From assembly GCA_000708835.1 (NCBI GenBank), contig DF237191.1, positions 62,001-126,000 on the forward strand: a DNA stretch of 64,000 bases, given 5' to 3'. Shown one piece after another: positions 1 through 10,942 of the stretch. The position numbers and the translations under genes are program-made. This stretch comes from Klebsormidium nitens. Lineage: Eukaryota; Plantae; Klebsormidiophyceae. The notes beneath the pieces are model-generated. The model did not search any database, was not told the origin of the DNA, and saw only the letters and a program-made list of their open reading frames with translations. How positions within the stretch are numbered: the stretch's first letter is position 1; each line of letters begins with the position of its first letter.

Positions 1-70
1 CTGAGCTGCCTTTCTGGCCATTGCACCAGAACGGCAAGCGAATCGGACCCCTGATATCATTTCCTTCTAG

Positions 71-1328
71 ATCACTCCCGACGGCGGGTTTGTGGCCAAG
101 AAGCCGAACGACCACCCCTGGACTTTCGCCCCCGATGCGTTCATCCATCAGGACGGCGTCTTCCTGGTCGTGCCGACTTTGACGGACCTTCTGGTGGCGC
201 TCGGTGGCGCTCGGTGGCGTCGTCGGCACGACGTGCCTCCAGTTCTACGTCTGGTCACAGGCGCTCGCGCGGCTCACGAGCCGCGGCGCGGACGTCCGCG
301 TCCGCGTGCTGCCCGGCATTATCTGCGATGACGCGCGCACGCGCGCGCGGGACGGCGAACTCCCCTTTGACCGCATTCACACCACCAACATCATCGACTA
401 CGTCGGCCCGCTCAATCTGCTGACGTCCGTGGGGTCCAAGCTGAGGCAGGGGTGTCCGCACTCGGCAATGAAGATGAGGGTCTTGCTCAACCCGGGACTT
501 TACCTCAAGAGCGGCAGCCCGACGCGCGCCTTCGACCTCGACTATTATCTGCAAAGGGAGCTGCTCCTGTCGCGCGAGGAGGTCTCCAACGTCATCGGTT
601 ACGACGTGGTGACGTCAGCGGATAGGTTCTCGGAGCCCACGTACCTGCTGCCCACCGAGGGCAGGCTCTCGGAGAGTGCCAGGTTGTCGGAGTGGCTCGG
701 CCAAACGCTCGCGCACATCGCGCTCCCCCCGGTGTCCGAAGAGCCTCGCCGGGGGGGCTGCTCGGCGCTCGAACCGAGGGGCCCCACGGTGGCCACGTTC
801 CTGAACCTGCTCGCGCACCTGGTGGAGACGCGCGGCGTTCTCCCGCACTGGGTCGCCGAGCGCCTAGAACGCCTCCTCCTGATGACGACTGAGCTTTGGC
901 ACGCCGAGCTTGTGGTCGTCACATCCCTGTACCTCCCAGCCCTGCCCTTCTTCCCAGCGTCCCCGGCCCTGCTCCCAGTCCGTTCTCTGACGCGCCAGAC
1001 CCTGCACGTGCCTTTCCTTTCCTGGGCTGTAAGAGACAGCCCATTCTTGGGGAACCCGCAGCTCGCGCTCCTGGTGATTGCGCCCGAGGAAATGGATGGG
1101 TTGATAGACGAAGCGGGAATCTCAGGCGGCGCGCTTCGAAGGCTGCTAACGAAGTGGCGTGGTAGGGTCCACTTGTTCTCGAGCTTCACCGTGAGCAAGC
1201 CAGACGAGGATTTCGTGAGCAGTGCGGAGATTTGGCTCCCAAGGGAGTGGGTCGATGAGGGGACCTGGAGAGCCATCATGTTGCGAGCCGACAGGTATGA
1301 GTTTGTGACCGACTTCTTAGCAATCTAG
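71..1328 (+). pseudogene. 3' part of a large unknown protein (weak resemblance to DUF4470-associated proteins); frame broken at 193-212; 5' end lies outside the window
   Basis: Acceptor ttccttctAG at 69-70 opens ITPDGGFVAKKPNDHPWTFAPDAF...TDLLVALGG. This continues into the 374-aa ORF 204..1328 (VVGTTCLQFY...FDRIHTTNIIDYVGPLNLL...) only if one copy of GGTGGCGCTC (193-202, 203-212) is removed. The DUF4470 resemblance is from recall, not a search. Confidence 0.45.
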
Positions 1329-3043
1329 ATGGGCAGACTCGGCAAGGGTATCGTCGAGGTGTCTATGCTCTATAATCTAGATGTCCAAAGGGCGTATAGA
1401 CGACAGACTAACGACAGCGTCGAGCGGCTAAGGATTCAATGAAGTCGGTCCTGTTCTTTGACTGAATAGAAGCTGGGGCAAGGTAGAGTCCAAGAGATAA
1501 GTAGCGACTTTGAAGATTTTGGTAAGGTCGAAGGCCCGGGGCGAGCGGAGGTGTAGTGCTTACATGTTGAAACGGTCGCAAGCTTATTCACACTGTCGTG
1601 GAACACTAGCTGTGCTTCCCTGTAATGGGATGCAACTAAGAACCCAGATTAAGTGCACCCCCATCTGCTTTTTGGATGCATACACATTCTGCCGCATGCG
1701 CATGGCGCATCAATGTGCAGGCGGCCTCTGTTGAACGCCCTGAAGGGTGCATCGCTCGAGACAACACATGGCCGGGCCATCATGATGCACGCCGGCTAGC
1801 TAGCTACACTTGTTTGTTTCTGTTACAGAGGACTCACGAGCTGCACTTTAAGCGTTTCGAATTAGGTGCACGATATGCACAGAATAGCATTTCAAAGCAA
1901 TGCACATAGGTGACTTTGTGCAATGCGCGTAGGACGGGCAGGTTGGACTTTTCGATGGCCGGCAATTGCATCTGCACCTCACTCAATCACGATGTCCAGG
2001 GCCGGTTATTCTGCATTTCTTTCACGGGCACGAATCGATATAGTACAACGTGAGCTAGTGACACTCCTTAGCGGGCAGTCATGGTCAACATGCGGCGCAC
2101 ACATGGCACAGCGCCAGAGCTTTAGCCAACATAAGTAGCCTGGCCCGTTCAACTTGATGCATGCTTAATATCTCGTCTGCGCCGGGCTCAGTCAAAGAGC
2201 TTGGCAAATAATCTTTCGTGCGCTACTCCTGAGCACTACCGTCCACTATGCCTTTACACCCTTTTCAAGTTTCGTCTGCATCCATTCGGAAGGTTGTTCC
2301 GATGGTCTACCGCATCCGACCTCTGCTCCATCCATCACACCTGTCTTCTGCGAACGCAAGCTTTGTCAGCTTCCATGGAGTCACCTATGACGCCTCGAAT
2401 TACTGTAGGAGAATCCGTTGTAACTCCATTCCGTGCGAAGCATATCAAGATAGTGAAGGTTTGCAGTTGCGAGAACCGCAAGCCCTGAGCGGCCCTCAAC
2501 CCCACTTTCTCTCTGGTAGGTGATCATCTGTACTATATAGATTCGCGTGATGATGCGAGGATATTGCGATATGTGGAAGAACAGCCAGTCCGCACAGGGA
2601 CAACAGTTGAAGCAAGAAGACATACACTATAAAGCGAACGCATGAGTCCGCTTGCAAGTTGTTTCGGCGGGATTCGGACGTACATCGTACACTCTAATCA
2701 TCATGCATGCAATAGAGCATGCCACAAGTGCCGAGTTAGAGGCATCAAAATGGCATGAACAGGCGGATCATCTCGCAGCTTTTGCGTCTTTTCTAGCTAG
2801 AACGGATCGAGCATTCAAGAAACGTTGTATTGAATCTGTTGTTGGGTTTGTCAGGGAGCATGACCCGCATCGCAGCACAGCTCTTGGGCTTCTGCTAATG
2901 TACATCTGATTCTGCATCAAGCACCAAAAGTAACTCCTTGCGTCCGCTCCTAGCACTTCCAAGTCGCCAGAAGCAAGGAACCTCAATCTCGCTGCCAATC
3001 TACTCTTTCCCTCCGCTGATCAAATCTAGGGCGGCCAATCGAA

Positions 3044-6000
3044 TCACCTCTTTCTTGACAGCAAATTCGAAAGAGCGCTTTGAGCTTCGGCGGCGTCCTT
3101 GACAAGCACATTCTCTTCAAAAGATAGGCGTTGAACGTTGAACTGCAACAAAAGACAGCGTATATCAGACGAGCGCTGTTGAAAGGTGGTGGCGTCTCAT
3201 CCTACCGTAGAACACTGGGCTCCAAAAGACCGGGTAGACCGTGACGAACGATCAATGCAAGCCATGCACGCTGTCTCCAAGTAAGTGGAGTTGATTTTGG
3301 AGTTTGATTCGGCCGTGAGTGCCCTTTCGTCCTCGCTCCTTTACAAGTAGGGGATGCTTTGCCTTTGAGGAACGGGCAGACCCTCTTGAGGTACAGAAGT
3401 CTGCTCTAGCTGGTTCCGCGAGCGGCAAGGCAAAGCCCGCTTCAATGTGACAAAGGGTCCATTTGCAAGTTGGCTGGCAAAACTACAACCGCTGGCAGGT
3501 TAAATGCGCCGTCGACCGGGGGCCTCCCAAGCCAACGCAAAACAAATCACGCGACTTCCAGACCGACAAGTTTTTGGGTTTTGAGCAGAATTGAGGGCCG
3601 ACGTGGCAAAAGAACAAAGGCCGCTTCTCACGCTGGCGGTTATGAAACCCCTGGCCTTTCCACCCCACGGGAATCTTGAGCAAAGTACAGGAAAGGAGAA
3701 GCAACGAAGAGGCTGACTAGTACCAAGCAAACCGGAAGGAGCATCTCATCCACGATCCTTGCGGCACCGGCATGTCGACGCCCCTACACCCATGACACTG
3801 ACAAATTTTTACCCCCAGCCTTCTCGCCTGACGGCGGATCTTCAAGAGAAGCCAGCTCTTGAATGAAAATCAAAAAGGCATAATGAGTTAAAAACCTTTC
3901 GCCTTGCCGCCGCTGGTGCCATCACGTGCGCACATCTTACCCCCCACCTTTTCGAAGGATCGCCATATTTGAGCGAAGACAAGCAGGAACTTAGATGAAG
4001 ACTGGATACAATCGAATGGCGCATCTCACCCGCGCGCCTTGCCGCACCCGCACGTCGACGCCCCTGCTGTCGATGGAAATGAGCGCCGCGTCGTCCACTT
4101 CCTGGCCCAGCTCCTCCGCGAGGTGCCCGCACAGGGGGTCCGAAAACTCGTTGTTCAGCACCTGGCAAGAGCAAAGACAAACAGCATCAGCTTCAAAGCT
4201 GGAAACCAAGGCCATTACTTTGTTCCATTTGTAAAGCATCGTGCCAACACACCACCTAAGACAGGATAGGTCTGCGGCCGTGAACGCGGTAAAATTTTTG
4301 AAGGAGCGTCCGCGCATTCTGAAGACTCAAGTCTCTCTGAAGGTGACCTGGTTTCTCTGTTTTACAGGACCGGAGACACCGTTCTTAGCACAGCAATGTC
4401 CTTCGCCCAAAAGGACGTTGAAGACGCTCTTATACGAATAACCCATTTGTTCTGTGATAAGGACGGTCCAGGCTCAGGCGAAAAGTGATTGATAAAAGCC
4501 ATTTGCATGTCGACTCTGCTGATACTACAAAAATCTCGAGAGAGTTCCATGGGCGGACAGAAAGGGGTGGTGCAAAATCAGGAACGAAGAGCAACAGGAA
4601 CTGAAATATTGCCCCGTTATCCAGACGGCAGAAGTGCAACCAATCCAGCACGTTTTACCCCAGAAGCAGTGAGTGACGTAGCTTTGCTGACGCAACATAG
4701 GATCAGATCTTGTCTGCTAATACGTGATGCTAAGATGTGAACTTTGACCAAACTCCCGCCTGGCAGTGCTGTGAACTCCTCCGTTCTCATTCGCGACTTC
4801 CCTACGTACAAACCCCCATGCTTACCTGGAGCGTCTCGCTGACGTTCGAGGCAGCGATGATGTCCGGTTTCGCTGCGGAGTATTCCTTGACATCGACCCA
4901 AGCGACCGTCCCAAAGCCCCCTACGAAGTAGATATCGCTGCACGCGCAAAAAGGCAGCGCTTAGTATCAACAAACACTTGACGCTTTGAAGACTCGATAA
5001 AAACTTCCACAATCGGGTTAGGAACATCCGGTCATGTGCACACAGCCCGTCCGTTTGAGTGAAGGTCGGTGGCAGAAGCTGAATAAGGGTTCTAATCTTT
5101 GAAACAGTGAGCACCTCTCTGTTCGCAGAGCATTGACATAACAACAATGATAGGTACGCACCCGTCCGCTGATGCTGTTTACGAGGAAGGAAGTAAGCCA
5201 TGCATCACGACACAAGCAAAAACTTTTGGGAGCATTTTGAAAGGGTTGAAAAAAGGACAATTTGTCCAACTGTCCGCTTTCTATTCCTCCGAGCAGCCTG
5301 CGCTTTCCGACAGCAACTCACCTAATATTAGCCATCCGGTAGAAGTAAAAGTTGCCCCACTGGAACGACGCCCCGTGGTTGTGCTTGGCGCTATGCAGCT
5401 TCTGTGCCCATTCCTGAAACAAAAGAGCAAGAGTCAACACGAGCAAGGGTGGAGCTTGGTAAGGCTCGCAGGGCTCTATTGGCCCGCCTGCCTGACCATT
5501 CACCGAATCAGAAGACAGAGCCGTCATCTTCTTCACGCCTCGTCTGCAAGTTGAACCGCAGTCGGACGGAGCCCCATGTCCGAAGGTCGAGATCGGCCGG
5601 GGAAGGAATGCCCCTAGACCTCCACACTGCGACCTTGCCCGCACAGCACACTAAAATTCTTGCACTCCGTCAGCGACTGGTAAAACCAAAGGTCAGGTTC
5701 TCAACCGCTCATTTTAAACAATGCGCGAGAACACGACAAGCATGGCAGAAGACTTTGCATCGACCACCCTCTGCGGTCGCCCTTTCTCACCTGCTGTTCC
5801 TGTGGCAGTGGGTACACGTCACCAAAGATGGTCACGCGCGCGTTGGCGAGCCCGGACCAGCCTGGAATCTGAACGACGAGCGTGCACCGGGGGTCGGCCA
5901 AAATGTTTCGGGTGTGGATGGCGAGAGGGGAGAGGGAGAAGATCGGATCTGCACCAGATGAATGCGGCTAATCAACGTAAGTCGCGATTATGATGAGTGT

Positions 6001-9000
6001 AAATGCTTTGGGGTGGAGGAGTAGAGGGATTTGGTTCTGTTTTGCAGTAAATGCGGATGAGGCAATGTAACAATACGAGCTCTCCAAAACGACGCACCAA
6101 GTTGACGACAAGCTGTGTGGCTGATTTGACAAGAAGGAAGTTACCTGGACCAAAAGCTAACGTCACCACAAGAAAGTCACTGCGTCTACAGGATATGCAA
6201 CAACTTGTCCATTGGCCTCAATGGATCTGAAACTGAGACTCATGTAGTCCCATGGTTCTTACAATCATTGCCAATCGCGAGGATCATCAAGGAGCCGTAG
6301 AGACTGCACCTAAAAGGGTTTCAATATCGCTGTTGCGTACTCAACAGGACAGTTCGAAGTAGAAAGAAGGAATTGCAAGACGTGAAAAGCGAAACACGAG
6401 TTAACCCATCTGATATGAGAGCTGCATTCCTTATTCTCTAGAGAGTCAAGAAGGTAAACGCATCAATGCTTTTACCCTGGACGGTCAAAGAGAGAAATGT
6501 TTGCTGAAGGGGTACCAACCAATGTCGGGTTGATACCTAGGGCTTCAATCGACGACCCAGAGTCTGAGACTTCGGAAAAAGTCCCACGATGTTTCAGTCA
6601 TAGCCGTCAGGAAGAGATTACGAGCAGATGCGCGTGCTTTCTTAGCTGTCACTTCAGAGAAGCATGCTGAAACGCTTGCAAATTTCCGGGAACATACTGG
6701 CAATTGCGCCTCGGTAAAGTAGTAGTGCAGCCATGAGTCAGCTAATACAATCATTATGAATTGGGGATGATTACAGTAGAACATCGCCCGCGTTTCAGTC
6801 ATTCGCGAGTACTTCCATCGGCAGGCCGCCTCTTTCAAAGTCGTTTGCGGTCTACAGAATCACCAATAAGGAAAGAGAGTTTTGCAAACCATGATGACGA
6901 TTAATGGGAACCAAAGAACGAGTTGCAAATGAGCAGACAGCGTCCATGAATGATCCTCGTCGACGTCGGTGCCCGTGCCCAATTCGAAAAGCTGTGGGAA
7001 TGCATCCTTGTAGTATGTGACCAGGGTGAGGGAATACAAAATCTGAACGGCAAATACTGAGACCGAAGCAAACCTTGACACCAACGCTCCGCAGTGTCGG
7101 GACAATCATAGCCAGACTCGAGGGAAAGGCAGAACCCGAAAATTTAAGCTGGAAAGGCCTCCTGATCCCACAATCTCTATCCAGCGGCGTGTATCAAGTA
7201 CGACTCTTTGCTCAGAAGCATCCGCGAAGAGGACACAGAGCAGAGTCTGCAGCGCGTGCATGGTGTGGAGTAAGTATTGTCAAAAAGCGCATCCTTTCGA
7301 GCGATGCATGGCTCTCGCCATCTTCGACCAATAATGCACATGAGCAGTTTCAAGCAGACAGGACCAGAGTAAACCAACTGGCTTCGATGCGGATAACACT
7401 TGGCGTTGACCAAGCCGCGCAAGGGGGGAAGTCATCATTGCCAACGGTGCTTTGGAGAGTTTGATATGCTCGACTCGCGCCTACTCAAAAGATTGACACT
7501 ACTGAAGGACGTTGGACGTCATTTGATCGTCTAGCTAGGAAAAAGGAGCGTCCCGCCTATGAGCCCCAAGCATGATGCTCCCGGGAATCGAGACAAACTC
7601 CATTGCTTTTTGTTCCTGCTCCTTGTCACACAAGCATTCGCTGCGTGGTCGTCAGCCCCCTCAGGATTTGAAAGCTTATGCAGGTTTGGCGAAGCCGCTG
7701 ACAACACAAGAGGGGCTGCCGCGGTGATATCTGGGGGGCGGGGACCCAAACCGAAAAGCCCAGAAAGTAAAAGAAAGTAAGAGGGGCTGCCGCCTTACGT
7801 CCTTCCTCGTCGGTTGTGAAGTCCACCAGCGAGCCAAAGGGGTAGCCTCGCCTGCGGTGGTGCATGCGCGACATCACAGTGCACAGGTGGGCGTACTTGG
7901 CCTGCAAAAACCACCCAGAACATTCAGGAAAGGGGACGCTAGACATCCATCGATGACCTGCGCCATCGACTGTTGGCGATGGACCAAATTACGGCCACTC
8001 GCGGACTGACATCTGGCACCATGTTTATCCAGACACTTCTGTCGCAGGGGCAATACAAGAAAGATACGGAGGTGCCGGTGTTGTCAAGGATAACTGAAGA
8101 CAGAGATCCTAGGTCTGCCAAGGGGTACCAACGACCAGGATCGCAGTGCAAAAGATCGCCCCCAAGAACAATTCTGAATTTCACTGATGTGGAATATGCA
8201 AGTCGCCAAGCACACCTGCCGCCACAGCCACCCGAACACCGCTGTGTAGAGCGCAGCATTTAGGATGAAATGTGGAAGACAGCTTTTCATGTGTAATGAA
8301 ACTTGGCTCACCTGAGCAACCAGGTTCCGGACAGCTACCGCAGGCGGGGGCAATCCATGCGACGACGTGGCACTTTGCACCCCCCCTGAAATGGGGGTAC
8401 GGAACAGACCAGACCTGCCTGCATTTGTTGGGCTTGGTGGCCCCCCCTGCTTGATTGGGGGTGGGCTGGGAACAGACAAATGGTTGGGGGAGTCTATGGT
8501 TCGCAGCTGGTAATAAGCCTGCAGACAGAATTAGCTTCGATGAGGGCAGCATTCAGCAAACGGACAGGCTAAAGAAGTCCACAATAACTGCATTTCTTTC
8601 TTTGTGAGAGGTTTGAGAGGACACACAGAGCATGTACCAGAAGGGAAGTATGCTCTCAACAACCTCCTGGTCTAGGAAGACGATCAGGCAGACTGGATCA
8701 TGCTAGATGATCCCTCTGACCCACCTTTCAGGCCTGCATTTCTGAGATGCGCATCAGTCTTGGAAAATTCAAAGTGTGACACAATACAGGTATAATGCTT
8801 GATCAGTGCACGATCGCTTTGCCACCAATGGGTGTTTTTCAACAAGCAACGATACATCGGTGGCAAAAACACAAGCTACCAAAACTCCTCGCAGTTCAAA
8901 CAGACTGACAGCCTGAAACATTCTCCAACATCGATTGCAACTTATCGTGAGCATTTCACCGAATCCTGCAGCAGAACCGCTACAGCGCAATGTTGATCCT

Positions 9001-9632
9001 GAGACCTCTGAGAGGACAAGTTTTCCACTCGCTCGTCTTCCTTCATGAGCGAGCAAAATGAGTTTGCTTTGGAGCTGGTAAAGGTGGTCGAGGATACGTG
9101 CCAACCGCTCAAATAAGTAGTTAGAAGCTCAGAGTAACTAAAATGTCTCTGTGCCTCATTTACAAAGTCACATTACCATCAAGAAGGGTGGTGCGAAATT
9201 CTGAAAGAGTACATTGCGGCTTATTGGGAAACACAAGCTTCAGAGATGTGAAACTTGAAGAAAGTCCAGCAAATCACTCACAACTTCAGGCGTCGGTTCC
9301 AGGAACTCAATCGGCAAGTCTGCCACACCATCCGTGTCGTCCGAGTCCTCCTCTCCTTGGGCCCTCGCTCCCGTGCTTTTTGAAACCCTAACCCGTCCAC
9401 TCGATCCCCTCTCCGCGTTTTGCGCCCAGCTAACCCCCTGGACTTCCCGCCCGAAAAGAGAGCTCCTCAAAGGGGCGAGCTTCTTTGCCCCCGTGGCCCT
9501 GTAGAGGTGCGCGCCAAAATCAGGATTGGCGGAGTTGTAAGATGTGGATGCCCGGCTTTCTGCCTCGTGGGAGGCAGCAGAAGGGTTCCAGGCAGACACG
9601 TGCGGCTGAAGGGCGACGCGAGAGGCCGCCAT
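3044..9632 (-). CDS. Pyridoxamine 5'-phosphate oxidase-like / HugZ-type split-barrel protein, ~413 aa, with a likely plastid transit peptide
   Basis: Eight in-phase GT-AG exons: 9632-9282, 8506-8312, 7901-7799, 5948-5791, 5413-5322, 4937-4826, 4161-4030, 3142-3044 (1242 nt). Motifs GLFRTPIS, AHLCTVMSRMHHRRRGYPFGSLVDF, HPIFSLSPLAIHTRN, VQIPGWSGLANARVTIFGDVYPL, QWGNFYFYRM, DIYFVGGFGTVAWVDVKEY and DDAALISIDSRGVDVRVRQGARFNVQRLSF match the plant family of Arabidopsis AT1G51560/AT3G21140 (recalled). The N-terminus is Ser/Ala/Arg-rich. Confidence 0.9.
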
Positions 9633-9699
9633 GGCGCTGCTGTACTTGTCTCCGCCTGAGGCTGAGGCGCTGTTTCTTCCTCTGAAGCTTAAAGCTTCG

Positions 9700-9810
9700 C
9701 GCGAGTGGACGCGCGCTTTACGGCATTTGGGCCGCGGCCGCCAAGCCTACAGGCCCGCGGCCGCCCCTACCGCCCGGGCGCGGCCCGACGACCTACAGTA
9801 GCCGCGGGGC
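9700..9810. promoter_or_regulatory. GC-rich island with repeated GGCC(C)GCGGCCGCC and CCTAC motifs, 70-180 bp upstream of the PNPOx-like ATG
   Basis: Sequence composition and position upstream of the minus-strand ATG at 9632. Promoter function is inferred. Confidence 0.35.
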
Positions 9811-10114
9811 CCAGAAGAATTCAAAATTTTATTAGGATGTTCGAGGACCACAGTTCCCACTTAGCCAGACGTTCGCTGCCTTCAAGCTCAGGGCGCAAAG
9901 GAGAATCCAGACAAATCACGAATGACTAAGACGTTACGTAACGTGCACTACTCGCAGCTGTTCTGTCGATGGCTTCTGTTCAATCTGTTCTGACACTGGG
10001 AAGGCAGGAAGCTCGATGGGCGGCGCCATGCTTCGTCGGCGAAAGCCTTTGATGCTGTCGACTGGGACCTTCTCGTGTCAGCTAAGATGGGCTCGAGTCT
10101 GTTACAGCAGTTTG

Positions 10115-10399
10115 TGCCCGGTTGCGATCGATAGATAGGGTCAATTTAACTTTAGTTTTGGCTGAATCTAGTGTAAGTTTAGGTACGTTTCCAGATTAGT
10201 TGACGTATGATCTTGGAGGGCATCTCAACACGTGGAAGATTCTCGCACGTCGGATGGACCTGCCCAGAGCCTCTACGGCTCGATGGTCACCCCTTTTCTA
10301 CCTCGCCGGCTGAGATGTTAGATGACGTCAAAGCAATAGCTAAAGATTGGCTGATATTTAGTATCTAAATAGACCCTATCTATTGATTGCAACCGGGCA
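10115..10399. mobile_element. 285-bp MITE-like element with 34-bp terminal inverted repeats
   Basis: Left end TGCCCGGTTGCGATCGATAGATAGGGTCAATTTA (10115-10148) versus reverse complement of the right end TGCCCGGTTGCAATCAATAGATAGGGTCTATTTA (10366-10399): 31/34 identical. No coding capacity and no clear target-site duplication. Confidence 0.6.
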
Positions 10400-10942
10400 G
10401 CTTGCCCCGAAAATGCTGTAGACTCCCCCGTTGACGAAGCATCAATCCGCTAATTTAGTCGTATGATGTGTCTAAGATAGGATCCGTATCTAGAAATGCT
10501 GACGTGGAAAATCAAGTCTTGTGTATAGTCCGCACTGACTTGAGAGTTGTCGGCCTCAGGCCTGCTAGGCCGCGCACCCGTTGATGGCGCTTTCAACAGA
10601 GTAGGTTCTGCTTAACTTATTTTCGAGAAAACCTGGTACGTACGTTCTGATAAGCAAAAACTCGAATATACTTTGCAGACTATACCTTTCGCAGAGATCT
10701 CTTCCGAGAAGCGCACATTGACAGGCGCAGAAAAAGCCATGCAGAGAGATCGCCGTAGCTGGGGGCAGCTGTAGATTTTGGCGGGAAACACGCAGGGGCG
10801 TAAGACGCCAGTTGAAAGTACCGCGCTTCTGAAGAAAGTCCACTGCAACTCTTTGCACTCCTGCAGAAACGACTTGAACGAATCAACCGGTTTTTTAACC
10901 AACAAAAAAGTCTTCTTCTAACAGCAACACAAGCCCATCAGC

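Noticed and set aside
1330-3040. Intergenic stretch with many short ORFs and small palindromes (TGCA/ATGCAT-rich)
   Set aside because: No supported gene, terminal repeat or periodicity.
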